Part shown: in pieces, positions 49,141 to 58,900 of the stretch
Numbering within the stretch: position 1 is the stretch's first letter
How the letters are laid out: every line of letters begins with the position of its first letter
Assembly (NCBI GenBank): GCA_012839815.1
Contig: DUMQ01000124.1
Span: forward strand, 5,933 to 69,932
DNA from: Bacillota bacterium
GTDB taxonomy: Bacteria > Bacillota > SHA-98 > Ch115 > JABLXJ01
Direction of reading: 5' to 3'
DNA length: 64,000 nt
Program-made: the position numbers and the translations under genes
Notes under the pieces: model-generated
Databases searched by the model: none
What the model was told of the DNA's origin: nothing
Seen by the model: the letters and a program-made list of their open reading frames with translations, nothing else

Positions 49141-49321
49141 AGATTACCGCCACTTTTCCCGGGATTGCCGGTGATTGCGCGACGAGGCCTTTGAAATCTG
49201 GCAAAGCCCTTGCGCCGAATTTCAACGGAGGCGCGCCGGAAGCGCGCCGTTCCCGGAGCGCAACACCATAAGTCCTGGGACGTGCTGGTAAACTGGCGCA
49301 AATTAAGGAACTTACACTTAG
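49126..49321. repeat. Repeat family F2 copy B
   Basis: Flanks match copy A in reverse complement, while the ~80-bp core matches copy A in forward orientation. Ends TAAG... and ...CACTTA. Confidence 0.8.
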
Positions 49322-49671
49322 TATTACAGGCGCCAGAAGTCATGGTTGCCATAACAAATATTAATTCTCCCGCCCGCGGGCGTCAACACGCCCGCACGAA
49401 ATAGGATAAAACGAAGAAATAGGGTAAAACGAGATACGACGAAATAGGGTAGCAGCGGGGCAAAAAGGAGAGATGAAGATGGGACGCCAAAAATTAGTTT
49501 AGAAGGAATTGTAGGCCTGCGTGTAGAAGAAATTCTGGCCGGATATTCACGGAGCCCTGCGAATCCCTATTATATGGTCATGAGTAGTTTGAAGCGGAAT
49601 AGTTGTTCTAGCCGGCATCCGGGTCGCGTATCTTTAGGACAGGGTGCAAGTTTTAGAAAGGGGGAAGAACC

Positions 49672-49743
49672 ATGCTGGAGTTGATCGGTCTCGTGGTCGT
49701 TGTATGGTTTATCATCCATCTTCTTGAAAAGAATATAAAATAG
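49672..49743 (+). CDS. Putative 23-aa single-TM small protein
   Basis: AAAGGGGG RBS-like tract before ATG. Sequence MLELIGLVVVVWFIIHLLEKNIK. A terminator follows. Below the ORF-track length cutoff. Confidence 0.55.
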   Translation: MLELIGLVVVVWFIIHLLEKNIK

Positions 49744-49787
49744 GGGTGCAGCCGGGCCAGAGGGGTACCGGCGCCTGTGTGATTGTG

Positions 49788-49814
49788 AGGGAGGTCACCG
49801 GCCTCCCTTATTTT
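49788..49814 (+). terminator. Probable intrinsic terminator after the small ORF
   Basis: AGGGAGGTC-ACC-GGCCTCCCT stem followed by TATTTT. Confidence 0.6.
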
Positions 49815-49870
49815 CGCCGCCCTCCCGCAGGGGGCCACTATACTAAAAAGGGTGATCGGGGGAATGACGC

Positions 49871-50728
49871 GTGAATCCAATCCGCGTGGTGACTGATAGC
49901 ACCGCCTACCTTCCCAAAGACTGGCTCGAGGCTCATGGCGTAACAGTTGTCCCTTTATCCATAACCATGAATTCCTCAACCTACAGGGAAGGGTTCGACA
50001 TAACAAACAGCGAATTTTATGCCAGGCTCAGGCAGGCTAAGGAGCCGCCGACGACATCCCAGCCATCCGCGGGCGAATTCCTGGAAACATATAAAAGCCT
50101 CATTGACGCTGGTGCCAAGACGATTATCTCAATCCACATCTCCGGCGGCATCAGCGGCACTATCAATTCGGCCCAAAGCGCTGCGGGGATGCTCATGGGT
50201 GCAGATATTACAGTAGTCGATTCAAAATGCACGGGTCCCGCTCTCGGCTTTATCATCCAGGAGGCCGTATCGCTCGTCGAATCTGGCGAAAGCAAGGATA
50301 CCATCATGCGGCGACTGGATTACCTGATTGCAAACATGCGGACTCTTTTCGTCGTGACGGACCTGATGTATCTTCACAAGGGCGGACGTCTATCGGGGGT
50401 CCAGGCCATAATCGGGTCGATCTTACAGATCAAGCCCGTCCTCCACTTCGTCGACGGGCGCATCGAAGTCCTGGAAAAGGTCCGGACGGAGCGCCGTGCG
50501 CTCGACAGGATAACGGAATTGATGAGGCAGGCCGGCGGCGGAGGCAGTAGCGACCTTCCAACGCGACTTGCCATTGCATATGCGGATAATAAGGAGAAGG
50601 CAGAGGGGGTCGCCCGGGACCTCGAGAACCGGTTCCCCGGCTTCCGAGTCGAAAGCGTAGAGGTCGGGCCCGTTATAGGGACCCATGTAGGGCCAGGGCT
50701 TATCGGGTTCCAATTCTACTACGGCTAG
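49871..50728 (+). CDS. DegV family fatty-acid-binding protein
   Basis: IRVVTDST, TTSQPS, HISGGISGT, VVDS, L.YLHKGGR, IKP.L, GPVIGTHVGPG. Confidence 0.93.
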   Translation: MNPIRVVTDSTAYLPKDWLEAHGVTVVPLSITMNSSTYREGFDITNSEFYARLRQAKEPPTTSQPSAGEFLETYKSLIDAGAKTIISIHISGGISGTINSAQSAAGMLMGADITVVDSKCTGPALGFIIQEAVSLVESGESKDTIMRRLDYLIANMRTLFVVTDLMYLHKGGRLSGVQAIIGSILQIKPVLHFVDGRIEVLEKVRTERRALDRITELMRQAGGGGSSDLPTRLAIAYADNKEKAEGVARDLENRFPGFRVESVEVGPVIGTHVGPGLIGFQFYYG

Positions 50729-51840
50729 AACAGGATTTTTTGCCTTCGCATATGCACATTTAAAACAATGCCGATTGCGATAAGATCAGCGAGCATGGCG
50801 CTACCCCCGTAGCTCAAGAAAGGAAGAGGTATCCCCGTTACCGGCATGACGCTCATCGTCATGCCGATATTTATCAACACATGGAATAGCAACATCGAAG
50901 CCACCCCGGCGGCAAGCAGGGAGCCGTACTTGTCCTTTGCCTGCCAGGAGGCCTGCAGGCAGCGCCAGATGATGAAGAAGTAAACCAGGAGGACAATAAC
51001 CGCCCCGATAAACCCCAGCTCCTCGCCGACAACCGAAAAGATGAAGTCTGTGTGATGGGCCGGGAGGAAATTGAGCTTGGCCTGGGTGCCTCCGAAGAGG
51101 CCCTTGCCAAAGAGCCGCCCGGAGCCGATGGCGATAGTTGACTGGATAACGTTATACCCATCACCCATCGGGTCCCGGTAAGGATTGAGGAAAATCAATA
51201 ACCTGGCCCGCTGGTAGGGTTTCAAAAGGAAGAAATATATAAAGGGTGAGAGCGCGCCCAGCCCCCCGGCTATCACGGCAAGATCTCGCGTCCTGGCGCC
51301 GGCCACATACACCATGCCCAGGACGATAGCGCCGAACACCAAAACGGTCCCGAGATCATTCTGTAGCAGGATCAATGCCATAGGGATGCCCGCGTGAACA
51401 AAGGGGGGTATCAAACCCCAAAACGAATCTATGTCATCCCTTTTCACCAGATGATCCGCCAGGGTGATTATCACGGCGACTTTGGCGAGCTCTGAAGGCT
51501 GCAGAGCCAGAGGCCCCAGCCTGAACCAGCTCTGAGCGCCTGAGATTCTCTGCCCCGCTACAAGGACGGCGGCCAGCAAAGCGATGTTCCCAAAGTAAAT
51601 CGGACTTCTTATGCGCTCAAAAAGCCGGTAATCGATGTTGAGTATAATAAAGAGGGCTAGCACCCCGAGCACTGCCGCGAGCGCCTGCCTTTTCACAAAA
51701 TAAAATGGATCCCCCAGGTTTTCACCCTTATTAGCGTAAGTTGCGCTATATATTATGATAATGCCGAAAACCACCAACGCAAGCGTGGCGAATAACAGCC
51801 CGTAATCAAGATTCCTCGCAAGACGCCTGTCTACTAGCAT
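50725..51840 (-). CDS. rodA: Rod shape-determining SEDS protein
   Basis: QPSELAK, QNDLGT, YQRARL, GYNVIQS.IAIGSG, HTDFIFSV.GEE.GF, GIPLPF.SYGGS. Confidence 0.93.
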   Translation of the reverse strand: MLVDRRLARNLDYGLLFATLALVVFGIIIIYSATYANKGENLGDPFYFVKRQALAAVLGVLALFIILNIDYRLFERIRSPIYFGNIALLAAVLVAGQRISGAQSWFRLGPLALQPSELAKVAVIITLADHLVKRDDIDSFWGLIPPFVHAGIPMALILLQNDLGTVLVFGAIVLGMVYVAGARTRDLAVIAGGLGALSPFIYFFLLKPYQRARLLIFLNPYRDPMGDGYNVIQSTIAIGSGRLFGKGLFGGTQAKLNFLPAHHTDFIFSVVGEELGFIGAVIVLLVYFFIIWRCLQASWQAKDKYGSLLAAGVASMLLFHVLINIGMTMSVMPVTGIPLPFLSYGGSAMLADLIAIGIVLNVHMRRQKILF

Positions 51841-51902
51841 GTCCTCGTATCACCGTGCCCCCGTCCAGGGCCGGCATAGAAAGCCAGCGGTTATCATGAC
51901 CC

Positions 51903-52181
51903 TCATCCTTGCCCGGCCGTCCTTTTCACGCAAATGACCGGGATGCTCGCAACTAAGGCCACTGAATCCTTGGACGAATCCAATTCGACGCTCGTCCCTG
52001 CCTCGTCGATATCCATATATTTTGAAATGACCCTTATAAGGTCTGACTTCAAACTCTCAAAAACCTGCGGCGAGACGTCAGCCCTATCATGGATCAGCAC
52101 AAGCCGAAGCCTTTCCCTTGCAAGATCCTTACTGCGCATTTCCTCCTCTTTTTTGAAAAGACGACGCAGCAGCTCAAACAC
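51903..52181 (-). CDS. minE: Cell division topological specificity factor
   Basis: SKDLARERLRLVLIHDR, ALVASIP. Start placed at GTG 52181, 7 nt after AAGGAGG. Confidence 0.9.
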   Translation of the reverse strand: MFELLRRLFKKEEEMRSKDLARERLRLVLIHDRADVSPQVFESLKSDLIRVISKYMDIDEAGTSVELDSSKDSVALVASIPVICVKRTAGQG

Positions 52182-52245
52182 CGACACTCCTCCTTCCGGG
52201 GCCTGTAGCACCTGTAGCGATGCCATCCTGGGGACAAAGGGACGA

Positions 52246-53046
52246 TCATCTAGCCAAACCCATGAGGCGTTTTATGAACGCTATGAAGCCATTGCCCGGC
52301 TCGAGCGACATAAAAGGAACTTCCTCCCCCTCGAGCCGCCTCGTTATGTTGCGGAACGCCTGGCTTGCCCTTGACCCATCATCCAGGATAACAGGCTCGC
52401 CCCTGTTGGTCGATACGATGATGTTTTCGTCCTCCGGCACAATCCCCAGGAGCTCTATGGACAAGATGTCCAGGATATCCCTGATATCCAGCATATCGCC
52501 TCGCCTGACCATATCTATCTTTACCCTGTTTACGATAAGTCTCGGGTCGGGCAGGTCTGACGCCTCGAGCAGCCCAACTATCCTATCCGCATCGCGGACG
52601 GCCGAGACCTCCGGAGTCGTAACTATAATAGCCTTATCAGCGCCGGCGATCGCGTTCTTAAAGCCCCCTTCAATCCCGGCCGGACAATCGATCAATATGT
52701 AATCAAATTCCTTCTTCAGCTCCGTCAACAGGGCCTTCATCTGATCAGGGGTGACCGCATCCTTATCCCGGGACTGCGCAGCCGGCAGGAGAAAAAGATT
52801 GTCGAATCGTTTATCGCGTATGAGTGCTTGCCTGATCTTACACTTACCCTCGGTTACGTTGACTATGTCATAGACAATCCTGTTTTCCAGCCCCATCACT
52901 ATATCGAGATTTCGTAGACCTATGTCCGCATCTACCATGACCACCTGTCTACCTAGCATCGCCAACCCGATTCCAAGATTCGCGACGGTCGTGGTCTTTC
53001 CTACACCACCTTTCCCTGAAGTGATGACAAGTGCTCTCCCTTCCAT
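52246..53046 (-). CDS. minD: Septum site-determining ATPase
   Basis: TSGKGGVGKTT, DADIGLRNLD, DCPAGIE, VRDADR, C-terminal amphipathic FIAFIKRLMG. Confidence 0.96.
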   Translation of the reverse strand: MEGRALVITSGKGGVGKTTTVANLGIGLAMLGRQVVMVDADIGLRNLDIVMGLENRIVYDIVNVTEGKCKIRQALIRDKRFDNLFLLPAAQSRDKDAVTPDQMKALLTELKKEFDYILIDCPAGIEGGFKNAIAGADKAIIVTTPEVSAVRDADRIVGLLEASDLPDPRLIVNRVKIDMVRRGDMLDIRDILDILSIELLGIVPEDENIIVSTNRGEPVILDDGSRASQAFRNITRRLEGEEVPFMSLEPGNGFIAFIKRLMGLAR

Positions 53047-53077
53047 CCCGCTACCTCCTCGCAACCTGCGGCCAGGA

Positions 53078-53764
53078 CTAGAATCCCACCTTGCCGCCTG
53101 GTGTGAGATATGACTCTATAACGATCATCCCATCGCGAATTCGCGCAACCTCGGGTGTGTTAGGACTTTTTGACCTTTCATCGGGGGCCCGGGCGATCAC
53201 GTTCGCAACCCGCAGCTGAGTGGGTAGTAGCCGCAAAGCTACAACTATAGCACCCTCGTTGCCTGTGACCCCCGCATGAGCTACACCCCGCAGGGTCCCC
53301 ATTACGATGATATCGCCGCCGGCAATAACCTCGGCGCCAGGATTCACGTCCCCCAGTACCACGACATTGCCGGGATGGTTTATCCCCTGGCCCGAACGCA
53401 AGGTTCGTTTAACAAGCAAGGTATTCCCGGCGGCGATCGCGGGGGAGGCTACAGGCTCACACGACTGGCTCTGCGAGGGCAGATCGGTGTCGGCTCCGCC
53501 AACGAGCCTGACCCCAAATGGCCCTACAACCTTAAGCACCGTGAGCCCGCGCCGTTCAACGATATCTATGAGCTCGGAGATCATCTTCTCGCTCGCCCAA
53601 CGATCCCCGAGATCAATGATGACGCGTCCCCCATCAAAGAACCGGCCTGTCCCGCCCAGTTTCTCGTCCAGACGCCGCTTTATATCTTCAAATTCACGTC
53701 GTTTGGGAATGACGATAAGCATCCCGTCTCTGGTTCCCTTAAAGACTACATCGTCAATCCGCAT
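53078..53764 (-). CDS. minC: Septum site-determining protein
   Basis: FKGTRDG, LRSGQ, GDVNPGAEVIAGGDIIVMGTLRGVAHAG, LRVA. Confidence 0.95.
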   Translation of the reverse strand: MRIDDVVFKGTRDGMLIVIPKRREFEDIKRRLDEKLGGTGRFFDGGRVIIDLGDRWASEKMISELIDIVERRGLTVLKVVGPFGVRLVGGADTDLPSQSQSCEPVASPAIAAGNTLLVKRTLRSGQGINHPGNVVVLGDVNPGAEVIAGGDIIVMGTLRGVAHAGVTGNEGAIVVALRLLPTQLRVANVIARAPDERSKSPNTPEVARIRDGMIVIESYLTPGGKVGF

Positions 53765-53837
53765 ATATATACCCCAGCTTCACCCACCACCGGAGATACG
53801 CACCTAAACAGTCGTTCAAAAGCTCTCACGGTAGAGA

Positions 53838-55826
53838 TTAATTCACCATACCCTGCTCGAATCCTTCACTTGTACCAACTTTTTCGTCAATATTCGTCTT
53901 CTGATTCTCTTTTTGTTCGTTTTCAGCTTTGGATTTGAAATAGGCATCGAGAACCTTCCGGGCCACGGGAGCAGCCGCTAAAGCGCCTGACGTCCCGTGT
54001 TCCACGAAGACAAGGACTACGATCTCCGGCTTATCAACCGGTGCAAATGCAGCAAACCAACCGTGGCTATCATGGGGAGGATTCTCAGCAGTCCCCGTTT
54101 TGCCCGCCACCGGGATCGAAAATCCTCGAAACGAGCCGGCAGCAGTCCCTTTTTGTACCACCGCCGCCAGTCCCTCCTTGACTGTAGCAAGGGTTGACTC
54201 CGATATGTCTACATGGCCTGTAATTTCCGGCCCAAACGACCTCACCACTGTTCCATCGGGCGATAATATCTCCCGCACCACGAAAGGCCTGTAGAAGGTG
54301 CCACCATTTGCGAGAGCCACATAGACGTTTGCCAGCTGCAAAGGCGTCACGCTCAGCGCACCCTGTCCAATAGCAACGTCAAGTGTCTCAATGGGGTACC
54401 ATCTCCGATTCGAACCCTTGAAATTCCGCCGCTTCCAATCGCGGTCCGGCACAAGGCCCACTCTTTCCCCTGGGGGCAACTCGATACCCGTGGCGGCACC
54501 GAGGCCGAAGCGCTTCGCCCAGGCCGATAACGAATCGATACCAACACGCCTACCGAGCTCATAGAAGACTATGTTACATGAGTTCTGGATACCGCCGACA
54601 AGGTTCAGGCGCCCGTGCCCTTGATGCTTGCTCGACCAAATCCAGCACGCCTTCTTTGATATGGGGTCGCGTCCTCTACACACGAACTCCTCGTCTGGCG
54701 TGACCTTCTTACCCTCCAGAGCTGCGATGGCCGTAATGACCTTGAACGTTGACCCCGGGGGGTAGGTGGCATTGATCACCCTGTTGGTCAAGGGGTTGAG
54801 TGGGTTATTCAACTCCCTCCAACGCTCGGGGGTAATGCCCCCCACAAAGTAGTTGGGGTCATAGCCTGGCTTGCTTACCATGGCGAGGATCTCGCCATTT
54901 CGCGGGTCAATTGCGATGACAGCCCCAGCGCGTGCATTCTTCGTCTTCCGGGATTTTGAAAGCAGTTCCAACTCCTCGCTGAGGGCGCGCTCCGCAGCCG
55001 CCTGGACGTTTGCATCTATGGTCAGGACTATATCATCACCTGGAATGGGATCCTTCGATCCGAGCACCCTTATCGGCCTTCCGATGCTGTTAACCTCGAC
55101 CTGCTCGCCGCCATCCTCACCGTGCAGGAACTCTTCATACATCTTTTCAAGCCCGGTCTTGCCCACGATATCGCCCGGTCGATACCCCCTATCCTGATAC
55201 TTTTTCAACTCCCCCATGTCGATCTCGCCTATATACCCAAACAGGTGGGCCGCAAATTCTCCATTGATATAGTCGCGGACGGGTATCTCCTCTATCATAA
55301 CCCCTGGCAGGTCCAGGCGATGTTCCTCGATCTCAATAACAGTACGAGGATCTACGTTGGTCTGGAGCCTGACGGGCTCGAAAGGACGCCGGCCCGGGGC
55401 ATTTATTTTATCATAAATCATCTTTTCATCAATACCCAGTATTCTGGCGAGCTTTCCCGCTACATCAGCTATATCCGGCGTGGCCTGGGGCACAATTGAC
55501 ACGCTAAAGGCCATCCGGCTCGCAACGAGCGGCACCCCGTTTCGATCCAGGAATCTACCACGTGGCGCCATAACCCGTATTAAGCGCACCCTGTTTCCCT
55601 CGGCCAGGGCAGCATATGAATCCCCCTTGATGATCTGGAGCTGCCACAGCCGCGCCGCAAGTAAGATAAATATAATCGTAACAATCGTGCCGAAGACCTT
55701 ATACCTACGTTCGAGTTCCTTGGGGGCCAATGAGGAAGCCACCTCCAGGAAGCAAGCGCCTTGAAGGCTTAAATGCCCCGATACCTGGGAAGTCGTTCCT
55801 CTCCCAAGTACCGGTTCAACCTGCAT
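53838..55826 (-). CDS. mrdA: Penicillin-binding protein 2
   Basis: APRGRFLDRNG, GKTGLE, YPPGSTFK (SxxK), SCN (SxN), KTGTAE. Confidence 0.93.
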   Translation of the reverse strand: MQVEPVLGRGTTSQVSGHLSLQGACFLEVASSLAPKELERRYKVFGTIVTIIFILLAARLWQLQIIKGDSYAALAEGNRVRLIRVMAPRGRFLDRNGVPLVASRMAFSVSIVPQATPDIADVAGKLARILGIDEKMIYDKINAPGRRPFEPVRLQTNVDPRTVIEIEEHRLDLPGVMIEEIPVRDYINGEFAAHLFGYIGEIDMGELKKYQDRGYRPGDIVGKTGLEKMYEEFLHGEDGGEQVEVNSIGRPIRVLGSKDPIPGDDIVLTIDANVQAAAERALSEELELLSKSRKTKNARAGAVIAIDPRNGEILAMVSKPGYDPNYFVGGITPERWRELNNPLNPLTNRVINATYPPGSTFKVITAIAALEGKKVTPDEEFVCRGRDPISKKACWIWSSKHQGHGRLNLVGGIQNSCNIVFYELGRRVGIDSLSAWAKRFGLGAATGIELPPGERVGLVPDRDWKRRNFKGSNRRWYPIETLDVAIGQGALSVTPLQLANVYVALANGGTFYRPFVVREILSPDGTVVRSFGPEITGHVDISESTLATVKEGLAAVVQKGTAAGSFRGFSIPVAGKTGTAENPPHDSHGWFAAFAPVDKPEIVVLVFVEHGTSGALAAAPVARKVLDAYFKSKAENEQKENQKTNIDEKVGTSEGFEQGMVN

Positions 55827-56281
55827 GTCAATCTGTACAGGACACCAGTAACCAAAACGTCATATACGGCGCGAGGAAGGATTATATGCCTGAGACTCGC
55901 CAGGAAATCACCCAGCAGGCCAAATGAGCTGCCAACTCCAAAATATATAACCCCATCTATCAAGGCTCCGATAAAAACGAAAACCAGAGGTACGATGGAG
56001 TTCCCCTTGAAAACCTTCTCCCCCACGCGCCCCGCCATGTAACCAACAATCATCTTGGAGAGGCCGGAAAGCCCAAGGGCACGCCCCGTCACTGCATCCT
56101 CCAGCAACCCTCCGGCGAGCCCGACAAGAGCCCCGCACACATGACCGCGGAAGAACCCGGCCAGGACGGCGGCTATGAGGATGAGGCTGGGACCTGCGCC
56201 CCCCAATGGGAGGTACGGAAAAAACGCGGCCTCTAACACCACGCACGCCGCAAGGATCAAAAAAATGAGCAAAACCTTCAT
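55769..56281 (-). CDS. mreD: Rod shape-determining protein
   Basis: Hydrophobic 170-aa protein (PSLILI, GLLEDAV) between mreC and pbp2. Confidence 0.88.
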   Translation of the reverse strand: MKVLLIFLILAACVVLEAAFFPYLPLGGAGPSLILIAAVLAGFFRGHVCGALVGLAGGLLEDAVTGRALGLSGLSKMIVGYMAGRVGEKVFKGNSIVPLVFVFIGALIDGVIYFGVGSSFGLLGDFLASLRHIILPRAVYDVLVTGVLYRLTCRLNRYLGEERLPRYRGI

Positions 56282-57099
56282 TTGCCTGTGATGACCAGAA
56301 CCTCCTCAAGCCTGGCAAAATCCACAGCGGGCTCAGCCACGGCTCTCTTCGACACTCTATACTTCCCCTCGGATATCGAGCTGATCCTGCCTATCATTAT
56401 CCCCTTCGGGAAGATGCCCCCGTACCCAGAGGAGATAACGCTGTCACCAACCCTTATGTCCACATCGGACGTGAGCGCCTTTACGCTCAGAAGCCCCGGA
56501 TCCATCGTCTGGCCCTCGACGAGCACCAGGTCTCTCGACCTATCAAGCACCCCACCCACGGCGCTCTTAGGGTCCGTTATCAAAAGAACCGTGGCCGTAG
56601 TGTTGGTTACTGAAATGATCCGGCCCACAAGGCCTTCAAAGGTAACCACAGCCATGTTCCGTTGTATGCCGTTTTTCTTCCCCTTGTTGATTATGAGCAC
56701 CGAAAGCCAGTTTGCCGGATCACGGCCTATTACCCGCGCGGCCATCATCTTATAAGGGGCCTGAGCATCAAAATCGAGGAGCTTCCGCAGCCTCTCGTTC
56801 TCCCTCTGGTATTCCTTAAGCTGGAGGATCTCTGCCTGCAGCCGCGCAAGCTCCATGCGGAGCTCCTCATTCTCGGCCCGGAGCGATCCGGCGTGGAGCA
56901 ATGCACCTATGGCATCCCTGCAACCCCGGGTGGATTCTGCTACAAACGAGATCACTGGCGACAGTGCATCCCTGAGAATACACTCCGCGCTCGTCAGCCT
57001 TGTGCGATCCCGCGACGTTACAAAGCTTAAAGAGATGAGAGCAAGGATAACAAAAACGCCCCCCAGGACTTTCCTATTCGTAAAGACCTCGCGCCTCAC
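56278..57099 (-). CDS. mreC: Rod shape-determining protein
   Basis: TM, coiled coil ENERLRKLL, ARVIGRDP, GLVGRI, GDSVISSG.GGIFPKGI.IG. Confidence 0.93.
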   Translation of the reverse strand: MRREVFTNRKVLGGVFVILALISLSFVTSRDRTRLTSAECILRDALSPVISFVAESTRGCRDAIGALLHAGSLRAENEELRMELARLQAEILQLKEYQRENERLRKLLDFDAQAPYKMMAARVIGRDPANWLSVLIINKGKKNGIQRNMAVVTFEGLVGRIISVTNTTATVLLITDPKSAVGGVLDRSRDLVLVEGQTMDPGLLSVKALTSDVDIRVGDSVISSGYGGIFPKGIMIGRISSISEGKYRVSKRAVAEPAVDFARLEEVLVITGK

Positions 57100-57104
57100 C
57101 GAAC

Positions 57105-58151
57105 TCAGCTCTCTTTGGGTGTCATTAAGACTCTCCTGTAAGTATCCAGGCTTTCGAGCGCTATTCCCGTTCCCAGTGCCACACAGCTCAAAGGATCCTC
57201 AGTTCGCTGAACAGGCATGCTGGTCTCCTCAGCAAGGAGCCGGTCAAGCCCCCTTAAGAGCGAACCGCCGCCGGTCATGACAATGCCCTTGTCCATTATA
57301 TCCGCAGCAAGCTCGGGCGGGGTCTTCTCCAGGGTCAGCCTCACAGCATCGACAATCGCCGCCACGGGTTCAGCCAGCGCCTGCCGTATCTCCCTGGCCG
57401 AAACCTTCACAGTCTTGGGGAGGCCCGTGACCATATCGCGTCCCTTGATCTCCATGGTCTCGTCATTATCCTGGTCATCCTGAGGATACGCCGACCCGAT
57501 CTGCTTCTTGACCTCCTCCGCCGTCCTCTCGCCGATCATGAGGTTATAGCTTCGCTTAACATGTTGGGCTACAGCCTCATCCATTTCATCACCGGCTATG
57601 CGGATCGATTTGCTGGCGACGATTCCACCCAGGGAGATCACGGCAATCTCAGTTGTCCCCCCGCCTACATCAACAATCATGTTACCAGTCGGCTCGTGCA
57701 CAGGCAGACCGGCACCTATAGCCGCAGCCATGGGTTCCTCAATTAAATAGGCCTCGCGCGCGCCTGCCTGGAGAGCCGCATCGATCACGGCGCGTTTCTC
57801 GACCTCGGTCACACCGGACGGAACCCCGATGACGACCCGCGGCCGGAAAAAACCCCTGCCCCTGTGAGCCTTGGAGATGAAATGGCGTATCATGGTCTCA
57901 GTAACGTCGAAATCCGCGATAACCCCGTCCTTCATCGGTCTGACGACAACGATATTGCCAGGGGTCCTCCCCACCATCCGGTTGGCCTCATTGCCTACAG
58001 CCAGGACCTCATCCGTATCGCGGCGGATGGCGACAACCGAGGGCTCCTGCAGCACTATCCCCCTGCCCCTGACGTAAACCAGGGTGTTGGCCGTACCAAG
58101 GTCAATTCCCATGTCCTTTGAAAAGAGGCCCAAAATAGGGTCAAGTATCAT
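57105..58151 (-). CDS. mreB: Actin-like rod shape protein
   Basis: [54 protein letters not shown]. Confidence 0.97.
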   Translation of the reverse strand: MILDPILGLFSKDMGIDLGTANTLVYVRGRGIVLQEPSVVAIRRDTDEVLAVGNEANRMVGRTPGNIVVVRPMKDGVIADFDVTETMIRHFISKAHRGRGFFRPRVVIGVPSGVTEVEKRAVIDAALQAGAREAYLIEEPMAAAIGAGLPVHEPTGNMIVDVGGGTTEIAVISLGGIVASKSIRIAGDEMDEAVAQHVKRSYNLMIGERTAEEVKKQIGSAYPQDDQDNDETMEIKGRDMVTGLPKTVKVSAREIRQALAEPVAAIVDAVRLTLEKTPPELAADIMDKGIVMTGGGSLLRGLDRLLAEETSMPVQRTEDPLSCVALGTGIALESLDTYRRVLMTPKES

Positions 58152-58846
58152 GAAATTGCGCTCCCTTCCAGCAAACCCTTCTCTCGCATACTGAAGTACT
58201 TATTATCGCCAAGTATGATATGGTCGAGCACATCTATACCGAGAATCTTCCCCGCCTGTATCAAGCGTTCGGTTATCTTGACATCATCGACGCTCGGCGT
58301 GGGATCACCGCTCGGGTGATTATGGACCAGTATGATTCCGGCGCTACTGCGCCGGATAGCCTCCTTAAAAACCTCTCGAGGATGGCCAAGGGCCGTGTCA
58401 AGGCTGCCGACCGATATCGTGATTATATTAAGGACTTGATTTCGGGTATTGAGAAGCACTACCTTGAGGTATTCGCGGTCCAGATGGCGAGCCTCCGGCA
58501 TCAAGACCCTGACCACGTCCACGGGGCTTGACACAGTGAACCGCTCCTGCGGGTTTAATACTGCAACCCGCCGCCCGAGCTCGAGAGCCGCCTTCAATTG
58601 GATGGCCTTTGCGAGACCGATCCCCTTTACCCGGGCGAGTTCCTCGGGCGCGGCCTCCGCAAGGCCCCTCAACCCCCCACAGGTTTTCATGAGCTCGTGT
58701 GCTACCTCTACAACATTTCCCTCCCGCGAGCCTGTCCGCAGCACTATAGCCACGAGCTCGGCAGTCAAGAGCGCAGCGGCACCATGCTTCATTAGCCGCT
58801 CCCTCGGGCGGTCCTCCCGGGGAATGTCCTTGATACGAACGTGCAC
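58148..58846 (-). CDS. radC: RadC family JAB-domain protein
   Basis: [31 protein letters not shown]. Confidence 0.95.
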   Translation of the reverse strand: MHVRIKDIPREDRPRERLMKHGAAALLTAELVAIVLRTGSREGNVVEVAHELMKTCGGLRGLAEAAPEELARVKGIGLAKAIQLKAALELGRRVAVLNPQERFTVSSPVDVVRVLMPEARHLDREYLKVVLLNTRNQVLNIITISVGSLDTALGHPREVFKEAIRRSSAGIILVHNHPSGDPTPSVDDVKITERLIQAGKILGIDVLDHIILGDNKYFSMREKGLLEGSAIS

Positions 58847-58900
58847 TTTGCGTTTAGGTCTTGCGATGTCACATCCCCCCGAGCTCCTCCTGGACTGCCG

